Positions 37,776-50,379 of a stretch of DNA of 64,000 nt are shown in pieces. Origin of the DNA: Mizuhopecten yessoensis (lineage: Eukaryota); assembly GCF_002113885.1 (NCBI RefSeq), contig NW_018408827.1, forward strand, positions 1 through 64,000, given 5' to 3'. The notes under the pieces were generated by a model that did not search any database, had not been told where the DNA came from, and worked only from the letters and a program-made list of their open reading frames with translations. Numbering within the stretch: the first letter of the stretch is position 1; every line of letters begins with the position of its first letter. Position numbers and translations under genes: made by a program.

Positions 37776-40700
37776 CACTCTCTATTTCCCGCCTTTGGGC
37801 GCATCACTTTTAACGATGGACGTCCGCGGTAATTAGTATTTTCTACTAAGTATTTTGCCCCAGTACCTTAATTTCATACAAATAAGATAATATTTATTCC
37901 ATTACCTACTAATACAATTATGAAGATACTGTATGAAGTAAAATATGGATATTGTATGTGAATAAAAATATTGAAATGGAGGAACTTTTTTCATTTGTTG
38001 TCACGGATAAAGTGGGCGGGATTTAGCTGTCTGTCAACGGCTTTTGCGAATGGCTGTTCGCATGGATTAACATGACGTCAAAATAATTTTGAACCCAAAT
38101 TACACAAGGTATATGCTTGTATCCGACTCTTTTAATGGTGTTATTGTTAAAAGAAAATATTGTAAATATAAGGATTAACCTTTTATTTTGTTTCGTTTAT
38201 GAGATAGTAAATTCAATGGAGCAGTCGGTAAATTGTTCGTAAACGCGAAACATAACTACAAAAAGGTATGTACATGCACAAACAAAGGTATGTATTGCTC
38301 TGCAAAACAACTGTATTGATAGGCGGTTCTAGGTTAGAGTGTTTTGCTGTACTTTTCCCCCTAGAGACCTCTACGAGAAACTGGGTCAATAGGCCAATGT
38401 TGCAGCAGCCATCCTGATGGTATCGATAACCGACATATTTACGTAAAGACAATCGAATTAGAAAAGGTAAGCAGGAGCTGCTCCGGGCATGTACAATACA
38501 GAGGGTCGATATTGTGATAGATTCATTTTTCTGCCAACTCACCAATTGTTTATGATTTCAATAAAGATATACGTCCCGTCTTTTTTATAAGATAGGTCAA
38601 ATCAAATGATATATTTTTCCCCTGGAAGTTGTATACAGAAAATAAATTACTTACAGTATATATTCAGTGGAACAGAAATAGGCCTGCTCTATCTCACTGC
38701 CTGATAAAATGAACTAATATAGGGTCCCTGCAGAATTGGTGTTATTTTCTGTCTTCTGATTAAATAATATTGCAGAAATCACACGTGATCTGTTACACTC
38801 TTCTAATACTTGGTATTAGAATACCAAGCAAATACTTGGCTTTTACCTTTACGATGTGTCAACAAATTGGATTTGTTTTACACATTTGAAGTAAAAGAAA
38901 CCTGACCAACCGCTAGGCTGATACCTGTTCTTTGAAGATTACAGGGGAGCGACACCCGACTTCAAAGCAAGTCAATTTTACCATTACGCGACCGACAGAT
39001 TCTTTTGATGTACATCAAAGGACCAAACTCGTCTTCTTGTCGCCTCCTCAAAGTGGCGCGCACTGAACCTTTTGATTTTGCTATGATATATTACAGGGGT
39101 GCAGAGGGCTTAAGTGAGCGTAACCCTTGGAGTATCGAGGATGTAATCCAATTTGTTGATAGAGTAATTTGGTTTATATACTTGTATTTCTTATAGTGAT
39201 AATAATGATGGAGTGAACAGCAAGGAGGCCAGTTGTGTTGTATGTTCTCTCTATCTTTAAAATAGTTTTAGAATTAATATTTAATGAATAATTAATATTT
39301 AAACTGCAATTAAGGGCACATTTGTCTCGACTAAAGCTGTTTTCTGTCTAGAATGTAGAAGCCCGAGTTACATGTGCTCTAGATACCCTAGTTCGAAAGT
39401 AATATGGGTAGTCTGTCTTTATAAAGATAGATGTTTCACACAACACTCGCTGAAAAAATGGTTCTATCCTATAAAAGCCCACCTGATTGGCTTTTATTAA
39501 ATGATAGTGGTCACCCATTGCACTATAATTGTTGATACGTGTTACATTGAACATCACTATAAAGAGGAACCATAGGGTGGGCAGTGGAGCTTAGTAGATT
39601 ATAATGTCATAAACACGTCTACTTGGAATATTCTTTGTTTCCTGATGAACACCGCTGGTATTTCAAGAGTGATGAGTTGGTTGGAGATTGTGATATTTTA
39701 GTGAGCGTGTGGAAAATTTAAATCTCTAATGAATTATAACTGTTATTTCTTAAGAAACCGAGGACATTCAGTTGATTTGTTTTTTTATTTTAATTAAAGA
39801 CATGGATAGCGTGAACAGATAGTTCATTTTGCACTTACAAAAATTGTTGAGACAAAGAATGTTATATATATATTGTGAATCGTGTCGAGGTGAGAAATCG
39901 TGCCGTAACAGACGTCACAATCAGAAAATGTAATCACAATCGGCATTGGTTATTTTTCATAGTTTTTAACTTTGCTATCTGATTTGTAGGTTTAGTGTGA
40001 AAATAACAAACAAAATGTTTTTTGGCACAGAAGAAAAAATCAATCAATATTAATTTCACATGTATTTTTATATGAAATGGGCACAATATGATTTCATTCG
40101 GTTGCGGCATGAGTACATGTATAGTCTCATGTCGGACAGAAAACAAGCTCACTACAAAACACACTCCACTATTTAGATAACTGTGAATACTGAATGTACT
40201 CAATATAGGTAAGAGGGAAGCAGCGTCTTACAGTAAAAGTACGTTGGACCAGACTCAACCTAACACATACAAAAATATCACACAGTCAACGACTGTCTTG
40301 AAAGGTGAACATTTATTGAAATTGTATTGTCATATACCAGTTACTTTTTTCGTCCTTTAATTATTTCAATTTATCACTGCGACCATTCTTATAATGCTAT
40401 TACAGCTGACGGTAATTACAAACAAGCTTATTGGTTTAATGACATAATAGTTACATGCATAATAAAATATGGCACTGACCTCATTCCGCCCGTCTCGTTT
40501 ACAATGTAGTAAGTATTACGTTTTTTCTGTCACACTGTTCATTGTACATTGTACCTGTACCGGTCGTTGTAGCTTGCTTTGCCACGCCTCCACAGTGAAA
40601 TTGACACACATGCAATAACGTTACAAGACTTACGATAACAAAATTGTAAATCGTGTTATGACTGCAAACACTGGAGTTATGTTCAAACAAAAGAGCGTTT

Positions 40701-41158
40701 CGGGGGGAGGAGGATAGATTTGTTACTTGAGTGTTAATACATATATTGACATGACACGCGATCGTTTCACTTTATTTTGTTTGTTTAGTTATTCTTAAAG
40801 TATTTGACCTGACCTAAAAAAAAACTGCAAGGACCTTGGTACGTTTATACTAGAAAATGTTGAACTGTATTTGTTTTGTTCTACTTGTGTGAAAGAACAG
40901 GGCATTTTTGTTTTTAACATTGAACATACATGAATATATATGCAGCTTGCCAAAACTCCTCGCTTAAATGGGGAGAACAGAACAAATTTTGTTTTGTGTA
41001 TTTTATATCGACCATGCTTGCCAAATCTCATTGTTTGAATGGGGAGATGTATTGACACAAGAATCAGGAAGATTGCGGACTTTGTTAAATGACATTACTT
41101 TGAGTTGTCATTTTCAGTGACCATTTATTTAATATTGATCACATTGTCACCTACCATA

Positions 41159-42670
41159 GTAATAATAATAATAATAATATACAGCATTTATATAGCGCCC
41201 TATATAATTTGTAAAATTACTCTAATATGGATAATAGTAATGGTTATAATTGTGAAAACAAACAACAAAGGCTTGCAATCACGTTCATACATTTAACAAG
41301 CAATATGAACATAATTGAACAAATAAAAGGGTGGTATTTACATGACGTCTTTGCAAAGATTCTAAAATGCAGACGTGAAAAGGTGAGTTTGTATGTCCCT
41401 CCTGAACTTGGCCAGGGTATTTGACTTCCTAATAGCAGATGGTAAACTATTCCACAACGTAGCCGAAACCCTCCCAAAGCATCTGTTTCCGTAGGTCACA
41501 GTACGAGATTTTGGGACACACAACAAAGATTCTGACTCCGACCGCAGTGATCTTGACGGCTGATACAGGGTAACAAGTTCCTGTAGGTACTGAGGAGCTG
41601 TTCCATTCAGTGCCTTGTATGTGTATACCAGAATTTTGTACTGCGACCTGTATCGTACAGGTAACCAGTGCAACGAATAAAGCGCAGGTGTGATGTGCTC
41701 TCTCTTTCGAGTACGAGTAACTAGCCGTGCTGCAGTGTTCTGAACCCTCTGCAGACGACTAGTTAGTTTGTCAGATATACCACAGAGCAGGGCGTTACCA
41801 TAATCCAACCGAGAGGTAACAAGTGAATGCACCAAAATCTTGCATGCATCTGCAGTTAGAAACTGCCGAATACAGCCGATGTTCCTGATCTGGTAGTAAC
41901 AGGATTTGGCAATAGCGTTCACTTGTTTCTCCATGTTCAGAGAACTGTCAAAGTATACCCCTAGGTTTTTAACAGCTGGAACAGTCTCAATAGTTCTGGC
42001 ACCAACCTTGAGCTGGAGAGCCATTGTTTGCTGACACTTTGGGGAAAAGACGATTAGTTCCGTCTTTTCCTGATTAAGTTTAAGCATGTTGGCGTTCATC
42101 CAGATACTGATATCTGTCAGACAAGGTTCCAGACTTTCTGAGACTGTATTCCAACTGTCCTGTGGTTTTATGACCATGTAAATGTGTGTGTCATCGGCAT
42201 AGCAATGATAGCGAAGGCTATGGCGACGACCATACAATATTTCGTGGTCCTAACACCGACTCTTGAGGAACCCCGAAATCTAGTACTTTGTCATGTGAGG
42301 TGGCAGATCCGATGGCAACACACTGTCGTCGTTCACTCAGGTATGACTGTATCCAGCATAGTGCGGTATCAGTCACTCAATAAGAGTATTCCAGACGTTT
42401 ATAAAGTATGCCATGGTCGATGACGTCAAATGCAGCTGACAAGTCCAGCATGACAAGCACCGCTCTGTCCTTGTTATCCAATGCAGAAGCTATATCACTA
42501 TGTACACGTAGGAGGGCCGTCTCAGTAGTGTCCCATGCGGTAGGCCGATTGCATGTTGTCATGGAGATGAACTTCTAAACGCCGGGATACAACCTTCTCC
42601 AAGATATTAGACTGAAAAGGCAGATTTGAAACTGGGCGGTAGTTTTTCAACTCCTCCTTGTCCATTCCAG
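41159..42670 (-). mobile_element. 5'-truncated, frameshifted L2/CR1-group LINE (RT and C-terminal region)
   Basis: NYRPVSNLPF, TETALLRV, LDLSAAFDVIDH, GVPQESVLGP, CYADDT, SRLDYGN, LQRVQNTAARLV and LHWLPV lie across three frames. The 3' end GGGCGCTATATAAATGCTGTA(TAT)n is typical of L2-clade tails. Confidence 0.92.
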
Positions 42671-44058
42671 TGTAGCATTCTACTTTTTGATCTCCGTTTC
42701 CTGTTCTGTAGTAAGGCATTGAGTTGTCGTTATATACTGCTCGTCCATTGTATATGACGATATTTATATATTCGTTTTAATTAACAAATAGAGTCGAATA
42801 CTTCTTTGATTCTAAATGACCGACACATTAAAAAGATTTGCGCTACAAATTGATACTTTCAGTAAAATGTATGCTCAGACTCAGCTCGATGATGAGTGAA
42901 ACATTCTTGGTCTGTACTCTTTTGAGAAATGACACCGCTTATATAATTTCAATAACTACTTCAGGTTCGAAGATATCTGAAATCATAGTGTAGTTAATAG
43001 GCAAGACAAGGGCGTTGCACAGAACCCATCGTCCGTATATAGTACATGTTTGTAATTTTATGAATTAATTTGCAGTGTATGTACATATTACATGTATGTA
43101 TCAAAGGTGTTCTCTCCAAGTAATTAAGCTTTTTTTTTTTTTACTTGTTTCTTTAGAGCTGTTAAAAAAAGAAAAATGGTGAATATTCCAGCAAAAGTTC
43201 GAACGACGAAATGTCCAAACAAAGGGCCAAATAATTTCATTGCGAATTTAAAAATATCATACATGTATGTAGATTCGACTAGGTACATATGTAGATGCTT
43301 TGTCACTAATGAGTTCGAATGTACAAAACCAGTTACAGTGTCCCTAGAATTGACGTGTGTATTGTTGGAAATTGTACTTTACAATATGAATACCTTTGTG
43401 ATGTTGCTATGACCCGTGTGTGTTATTGGTTCCGGGTCAACACCATGGTTAGTGAATTTGAAGTATCAATACCGCCATATACACATGTATAGATATCAAA
43501 ACAGATGAGCGCCTCCCCTCCAAATTGTTTTGTTCGACTGAAATTGTAAAGGAACTGAACATTCTCCTAGTATATAAAAAAAATCGCGGATTTCCACCAA
43601 TGTCTGCTTGAGTGTCTGTCTGGCTGCCATACTGTGCGTCATTTATTTTCTCTCCGGAGTATTACACCCTTGCTATTTCAACTACGTTGTACGTTTACTA
43701 AAGTTCAGATCTGGTGACCCTTTTATATGTAGAGTTATGGCACGAACATGTGTCCGGAACACTGGTTTCCTATACTTATCAAGTGTCTTGGAAAAACGCA
43801 ATGTCCCCCACTATAATTCGGTCTGACACCCAGCAAAATTTAGAGTTATGACCATTTGTTCATTTTCACAATGCAATACAAAAACAATATTCGAAGCGTT
43901 CACCCAACTCTTTATATCTGATTATCTTGGAGAGGCGGTGTGTTGCATACTTAACATGTAATTTGACAAAGAGTATATGTTTCTCATTGGTTTATTTCAA
44001 TAACGTCTCTTTTCATATTGACAGGCTTCAATAATATATTTCTATTTGTGTTTTTCAG

Positions 44059-44608
44059 ACGACGGAACCATCAACAGACAGAATTAAAAATATGACGAGA
44101 AAAGACAACACAACGTCCCCGACTGAAACAGTTGTGACAGATGGCTTCGGCGAGGCAGACGAAAATAACATTTTCTGTGACTATTACACAGCGTGGTCGT
44201 CTTGGACGCGCTGTAATCGCCACTGTCAACAAACCAGGAAGCGGAAGTGTCGATTTCCTACCTTTTGTGGACACTCGCGCATCCGCGAAAAGCGCCCTTG
44301 TAATAGAAAGAGTGGTCCATGTAAGGAAGTGACGTACAAGGTCATAGGATCAACTAAATCGAACAGAAAGAAAGAAGATTTGCTGTATGACCTCTTCTAC
44401 AAGCCGTGGTCGTCATGGGGAGCTTGTTCGAGGACGTGCAAGAAGAGGCGTCGTCGCCGATGTAAGTTTACGGATGTGTGCGGTAGTGGCTATCTGGAGG
44501 AAGAGAGGTACTGCCGTATCGTTAACGACACATGTCACGGGTCTTACATTATCAGCACCAACAGGTTCAAGGTCCCGGACGAGGAAAAGGAAAGACAAAA
44601 GCATGAAG
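44059..44608 (+). CDS. TSP1-serine protease exon 2: two thrombospondin type 1 repeats
   Basis: Acceptor TTTTTCAG|ACG, donor GAAG|GTAAGA (phase 1). WSSWTRCNRHCQQTRKRKC...C...C and WSSWGACSRTCKKRRRRRC...C...C. Confidence 0.9.
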
Positions 44609-44815
44609 GTAAGATGGCCTGTGCTAACGCCGTCTCTGCAGTCGATTCGGTGGCAACCTTATCCGATTCCTATAGCGATTTGTAAAGTATAGTCTTTTAC
44701 AGATTTTGGAAATGTTAGGGTGTACTGGTTTATAAATCTTCATATTTCTCACAAACGGACGATGTGTGCATTCTAAAATTCTATACACCAAACAATTATC
44801 GTTCTTTGTTTTCAG

Positions 44816-44940
44816 TTGCTGCATCGAATATCACGTTAGAAAGCCTCCAACTCTCGTGTGGTCTGAGACCTACTGGTACATCCGGGCGGTTCAAAATAGT
44901 CGGAGGGCAATATTCCTCCCCAAACAGTTGGCCCTGGCAG
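44816..44940 (+). CDS. TSP1-serine protease exon 3: linker Cys and zymogen activation site
   Basis: Acceptor TTTTCAG|TT (phase 1), donor CAG|GTTTGT (phase 0). SCGLRP...GRFK/IVGGQYSSPNSWPWQ. Confidence 0.93.
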
Positions 44941-45204
44941 GTTTGTTCATTAACATTTGTTTATTTACAAACAAACAAAAATTGTTCAAGATACAGAACG
45001 TTTGAAAATAAAACATCTGATCCGGCAGGTTTTTGGCGATATTTCGCTTAGTCCGAAATAACTGACTAGTTTCACGGTTTATTTGATTAATTAAAGGCGG
45101 TACACTGTTGTTAAGATGTAGATTGTCACTTGGTAGTTCAGGAATATCCTGAAAATCTGTTTTGAAATTATGCATGTCCAGAATCCGCAAAAAACATTTC
45201 ACAA

Positions 45205-48200
45205 ATCTCGTTCAGTTTATAACCTATCGGGATAATCCAGTATCCATACAATCGCATGGCTCTCGTACAATTTACAACTTATCAGGATAGTCCAGTATCT
45301 ATACAAACAAATCGCATGACTCTTGTTCAGTTTATTACCTATCGGGATAGTCCATTATCAATACAAATAAATCGCATGACTCTCGTACAGTTTATTATAA
45401 CCTATCGGGATAATCCAGTATCCATACTATCGCATGACTCTCGTACAGTTTATAACTTATCGGGATAGTCCAGTATCAATACAAGGAAATCCCATGACTC
45501 TCGTACAGTTTAAAACTTATCGGGATAGTCCAGTATCCATACAAAGAAATCCCATGACTCTTGTTCCGTTTATTACCTATCGGGATATTCCAGTATAAAT
45601 ACAAACAAATCCCATGACTCTCGTAAAGTTTATTATAACCTATCGGGATAGTCAAGTATCCATACAAAGAAATCCCATGACTCTTGGTCCGTTTATTACC
45701 TATCGGGATAGTCCAGTATAAATACAAGCAAATCCCATGACTCTCGTACAGTTTATTATAACCTATCGGGATAATCCAGTATCCATACAAACGCATGACT
45801 CTCGTACAGTTTATAACTTATCGGGATAGTCCAGTATCAATACAAAGAAATCCCATGACTCTCGTACAGTTTATAACTTATCGGGATAGTCAAGTATCCA
45901 TACAAAGAAATCCCATGACTCTTGTTCCGTTTATTACCTATCGGGATAGTCCAGTATAAATACAAACAAATCCCATGACTCTCGTACAGTTTATTATAAC
46001 CTATCGGGATAGTCAAGTATCCATACAATCGCATGACTTTCGTACAGTTTATAACTTATCGGGATAGTCAAGTATCCATACAAAGAAATCCCATGACTCT
46101 TGTTCCGTTTATTACCTATCGGGATAGTCCAGTATAAATACAAACAAGTTGCATGACTCTCGAACAGTTTATTATAACCTATCGGGATAGTATAACCTAT
46201 CGGGATAGTCAAGTATCAATACAATCGCACGATTCTCGTTCAGTTAATCACCTTTCGGCAATAGTCCAGTATAAATACAAAGAAATCGTATGACTTTCGT
46301 TCTGTTTATAACTTATCGGGATAGTCAAGTATCCATACAATCGCACGATTCTCGTTCAGTTCATCACCTGTCGGGAAAGTCCAGTATCCATACAAAGAAA
46401 TCGCATGACTCTCGTACAGTTTATTACCTATCTGGGTAGTCCAGTATCAATACAAAGAAATCGCATGACTCTCGTAAAGTTTTTGATCTATCGGGATAGT
46501 CCAGTATCCATACAAAGAAATCGCATGACTCTCGTACAGTTTTTTACCTATCGAGATAGTCAAGTATCTATACAAAGATATCGCATGACTCTCCTACAGT
46601 TTATGACCTATCGAGATAGTCCAGTATCTATACAAAGAAATCGCATGGCTTACGTTCAGTGTATTACCTATCAGGATAGTCCAGTATCCATAAAAAGAAA
46701 TCGCATGACTCTCGTTCTGTTTATGACTTATCAGGATAGTCAAGTATCCATACAATCGCATGACTCTCGTACAGTGTATAACTTATCGGGATAGTCCAGT
46801 ATCTATACAAAGAAATCGCATGACTCTCGTACAGTTTATTACCTATCAGGATAGTCCAGTATCCATAAAAAGAAATCGCATGACTCTCGTTCTGTTTATT
46901 ACTTATCAGGATAGTCAAGTATCCATACAATCGCATGACTCTCGTACAGTGTATAACTTATCGGGATAGTCCAGTATCTATACAAAGAAATCGCATGACT
47001 CTCGTACAGTTTATTACCTATCAGGATAGTCAAGTATCCATACAATCGCATGACTCTCGTACAGTGTATAACTTATCGGGATAGTCCAGTATCTATACAA
47101 AGAAATCGCATGACTCTCGTACAGTTTATTACCTATCAGGATAGTCAAGTATCCATACAATCGCATGACTCTCGTACAGTGTATAACTTATCGGGATAGT
47201 CCAGTATCTATACAAAGAAATCGCATGACTCTCGTACAGTTTATTACCTATCAGGATAGTCCAGTATCCATAAAAAGAAATCGCATGACTCTCGTTCTGT
47301 TTATAACTTATCAGGATAGTCAAGTATCCATACAATCGCATGACTCTCGTACAGTTTATAACTTATCGGGATGGTCCAGTATCTATACAAAGAATCGCAT
47401 GACTCTCGTACAGTTTATGACCTATCGGGATAATCCTGTATCCATACAAAGAAATCGCATGACTCTCGTTCTGTTTATAACTTGTCGGGATAGTCCAGTA
47501 TCTGTACACAGAAATTGCATGACTCTCGTACAGTTTATGACCTATCGGGATAGTCCAGTATCCATACAAAGAAATCGAATGACTCTCGTACAGTTAATGA
47601 CCTATCGGGATAATCCTGTATCCATACAAAGAAATCGCATGACTCTCGTTCTGTTTATAACTTATCGGGATAGTCAAGTATCTGTACACAGAAATTGCAT
47701 GACTCTCGTACAGTTTATGACCTATCGGGATAGTCCAGTATCCATACAAAGAAATCGCATGACTCTCGTTCTGTTTATAACTTATCGGGATAGTCAAGTA
47801 TCCATACAATCGTGTGACTCTCGTACAGTTTATAACTTGTCGGGATAGTCCAGTATCTATACACAGAAATTGCATGACTCTCGTACAGTTAATGACCTAT
47901 CGGGATAGTCCAGTATCCATACAAAGAAATCGTATGACTCTTGTTCAGTTTACATGTATGACCTATCGAGATAGTCCAGTATCTATGCACAGAAACCGCA
48001 TGACTCTCGTACAGTTAATTATAACCTATCGGGATAATCCAGTATCCATACAATTGCATGACTCTCGTACAGTTTATGACCTATCGGGATAGTCAAGTAT
48101 CTATGCAAAGAAATTGAATGACTCTCGTACAGTTTAAATCTTATCGGGATAGTCCAGTATCTATACAAAGAAATTGCATGACTCTCGTACAGTTTGTGAC

Positions 48201-49345
48201 CTACCGAGATAGTCTAGTATCTATACAAAGAAATAGAATGACTCTCGTACAGTTTATATCTTATCGGGATAATCAAGTATCCATACAAAGAAATCGCATG
48301 ACTCTCGTACAGTTTATTATAACCTATCGGGATAGTATAACCTATCGGGATAGTCAAGTATCCATACCAAGAAATCCCATGACTCTTGTTCCGTTTATTA
48401 CCTATCGGGATAGTCCTGTATCAATACAAACAAATCCCATGACTCTCGTACAGTTTATTATAACCTATCGGGATAGTCAAGTATCCATACAATCGCATGA
48501 CTCTCGTACAGTTTATAACTTATCGGGATAGCCAAGTATCCATACAAAGAAATCGCATGACTCTCGTCCAGTTTATTATAACCTATCGGGATAGTCATGT
48601 ATCCATACAATCCCATTACTCTCGTACAGTTTATAACTTATCGGGATAGGCAAGTATCCATACAAAGAAATCCCATGACTCTCGTACAGTATATAACTTA
48701 TCGGGATAGTCAAGTATCCATACAAAGAAATCCCATGACTCTTGTTCCGTTTATTACCTATCGGGATAGTCCAGTATCAATACAAACAAATCGCATGACT
48801 CTCGAACAGTTTATTATAACCTATCGGGATATTCAAGTATCAATACAATCGCACGATTCTCGTTCAGTTAATCACCTATCGGGATAGTCCAGTATCCATA
48901 CAAAGAAATCGTATGACTCTCGTTCTGTTTATAGCTTATCGGGATAGTCAAGTATCCATACAATCGCATGACTCTCGTACAGTTTATAACTTATCGTGAA
49001 AGTCCAGTATCTATACAAAGAAATCGCATGACTCTCGTACAGTTTATTATCTATCTGGATAGTCCAGTATCTATACAAAGAAATTGCATGACTCTCGTAC
49101 AGTTTATGACCTACCGAGATAGTCCAGTATCTATACAAAGAAATAGAATGACTCTCGTACAGTTTATATCTTATCGGGACAGTCCAGTATTTATACAAAG
49201 AAGTAGAATGACTCTCGTACAGTTTATATCTTATCGGGACAGTCCAGTATCTATACAAAGAAATAGAAAGACTCTCGTACAGTTTATGACCTATAGGGAT
49301 ATTCCAGTATCCAAACAAAGAAATCGCACGACTCTCGTACAGTTT
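45205..49345. repeat. Intronic 60-bp minisatellite, ~70 copies (55- and 63-bp variants)
   Basis: Consensus ATGACTCTCGTACAGTTTATAACTTATCGGGATAGTCCAGTATCCATACAAAGAAATCGC. It is the source of the many MTLVQFITYRDSPVSIQRNR ORFs. Confidence 0.97.
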
Positions 49346-50356
49346 TTAACATTTCAATGATTGGATTTTTGAAGTGCACCAAAACACAAGAAGGTTACCT
49401 GATATATGAGACTGGGTTTTTTAAAATCAGCGATTTTATCATAAAACAACAGGGTAATACTTTTTAATTCGAAAATCAGAGCGAAGTGAAGTTTTAAATG
49501 ATAACGCTTGACATTAAACCAAAAGTTTTGAGTTGGTTTTTAAAAAATTGATATTTGAGAACACATATTTAAAAATATTCTCTTACAGTTTATAACTAAT
49601 CGGGAAAGTCGAGTATCAATACAAAGAAATCCCACGATTCTCGTTCAGATTATGACCTATCGGGATAGTCCAGTATCAATACAAAGAAATCGCATGACTC
49701 TCGTACAGTTCCTGACCTATCGGGTTAGTCCAGTATCCATACAAAGAAATCGCATGACTCTCCTACAGTTTATGACCTATCGAGATAGTCCAGTATCTAT
49801 ACAAAGAAATCGCATGGCTTACGTTCAGTGTATTACCTATCAGGATAGTCCAGTATCCATAAAAAGAAATCGCATGACTCTCGTTCTGTTTATGCCTTAT
49901 CGGGATAGTCCAGTATTCATACAAAGAAATTGCATGACTCTCGTACAGTTTATGACCTATCGGGATAGTCAAGTATCTATACAAAGAAATCCCATGACTC
50001 TCAAACAGTTTATGACCTTTCGGGATAGTCAAGTATCTATACACAGAAACCTCATGACTCTCGTACAGTTTATGACCTATCGGTCCAGTATCCATACAAA
50101 GAAATCGCAGGACTCTTGTAGTTTTTAACATTTCAAGGATTGGATTTTTGAAGTGCACCAAAACACAAGAAGATTACCTCATATATGATACTGTTTTTTT
50201 TCTTTCTAATCAGTGATTTAATCATATAACAACAAGGTAATGCTTTTTAAATTCGAAAATCAAAGCGAAGTGAAGTTTTAAATGATAACGCTTGACATTA
50301 AACCAAAAGTTTTGAGTTGGTCTTTAAAAAATGATATTTGAGAACACATATTTAAA
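49340..50356. repeat. ~235-bp non-satellite block duplicated (49340-49575 and 50120-50356) around a second 60-bp sub-array (~9 copies, 49580-50125)
   Basis: GTTTTTAACATTTCAA(T/G)GATTGGATTTTTGAAGTGCACCAAAACACAAGAAG...GATATTTGAGAACACATATTTAAAAA occurs twice. Confidence 0.92.
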
Positions 50357-50379
50357 AAAAAAAAAAAAAAAAGACGCAT

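Larger units (their letters stand above)
36042..39143. mobile_element. 3.1-kb non-autonomous DNA transposon bounded by ~63-bp TIRs, with ~150-bp subterminal direct repeats and nested elements
   Basis: CATCCTCGATACTCCAGGAATTACGCTCACGTACGCTCTCTGCACCCCTGGATTATGTCATAG at 36042 matches the reverse complement of 39081-39143. Direct repeat TTACAG(A/G)GGAGCGACACCCGACTTCAA...GCGACCGAC(G/A)GATTCTTTT at ~36195 and ~38939. No TSD seen. Confidence 0.7.

Noticed and set aside
44025-44058. Alternative acceptor TTGACAG at 44024 for the TSP1 exon
   Set aside because: It introduces an in-frame TAA before the TSP1 reading frame.
44609-44685. ORF-track tail of the 197-aa ORF, and the N-terminal extensions of ORFs 44764, 52684 and 57814
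   Set aside because: Read-through into introns beyond clear GT/AG splice sites.
45256-50161. Many ORFs encoding MTLVQFITYRDSPVSIQRNR repeats and their antisense equivalents
   Set aside because: By-products of a 60-bp minisatellite; frequent 55-bp units break the frame and the array lies in an intron.
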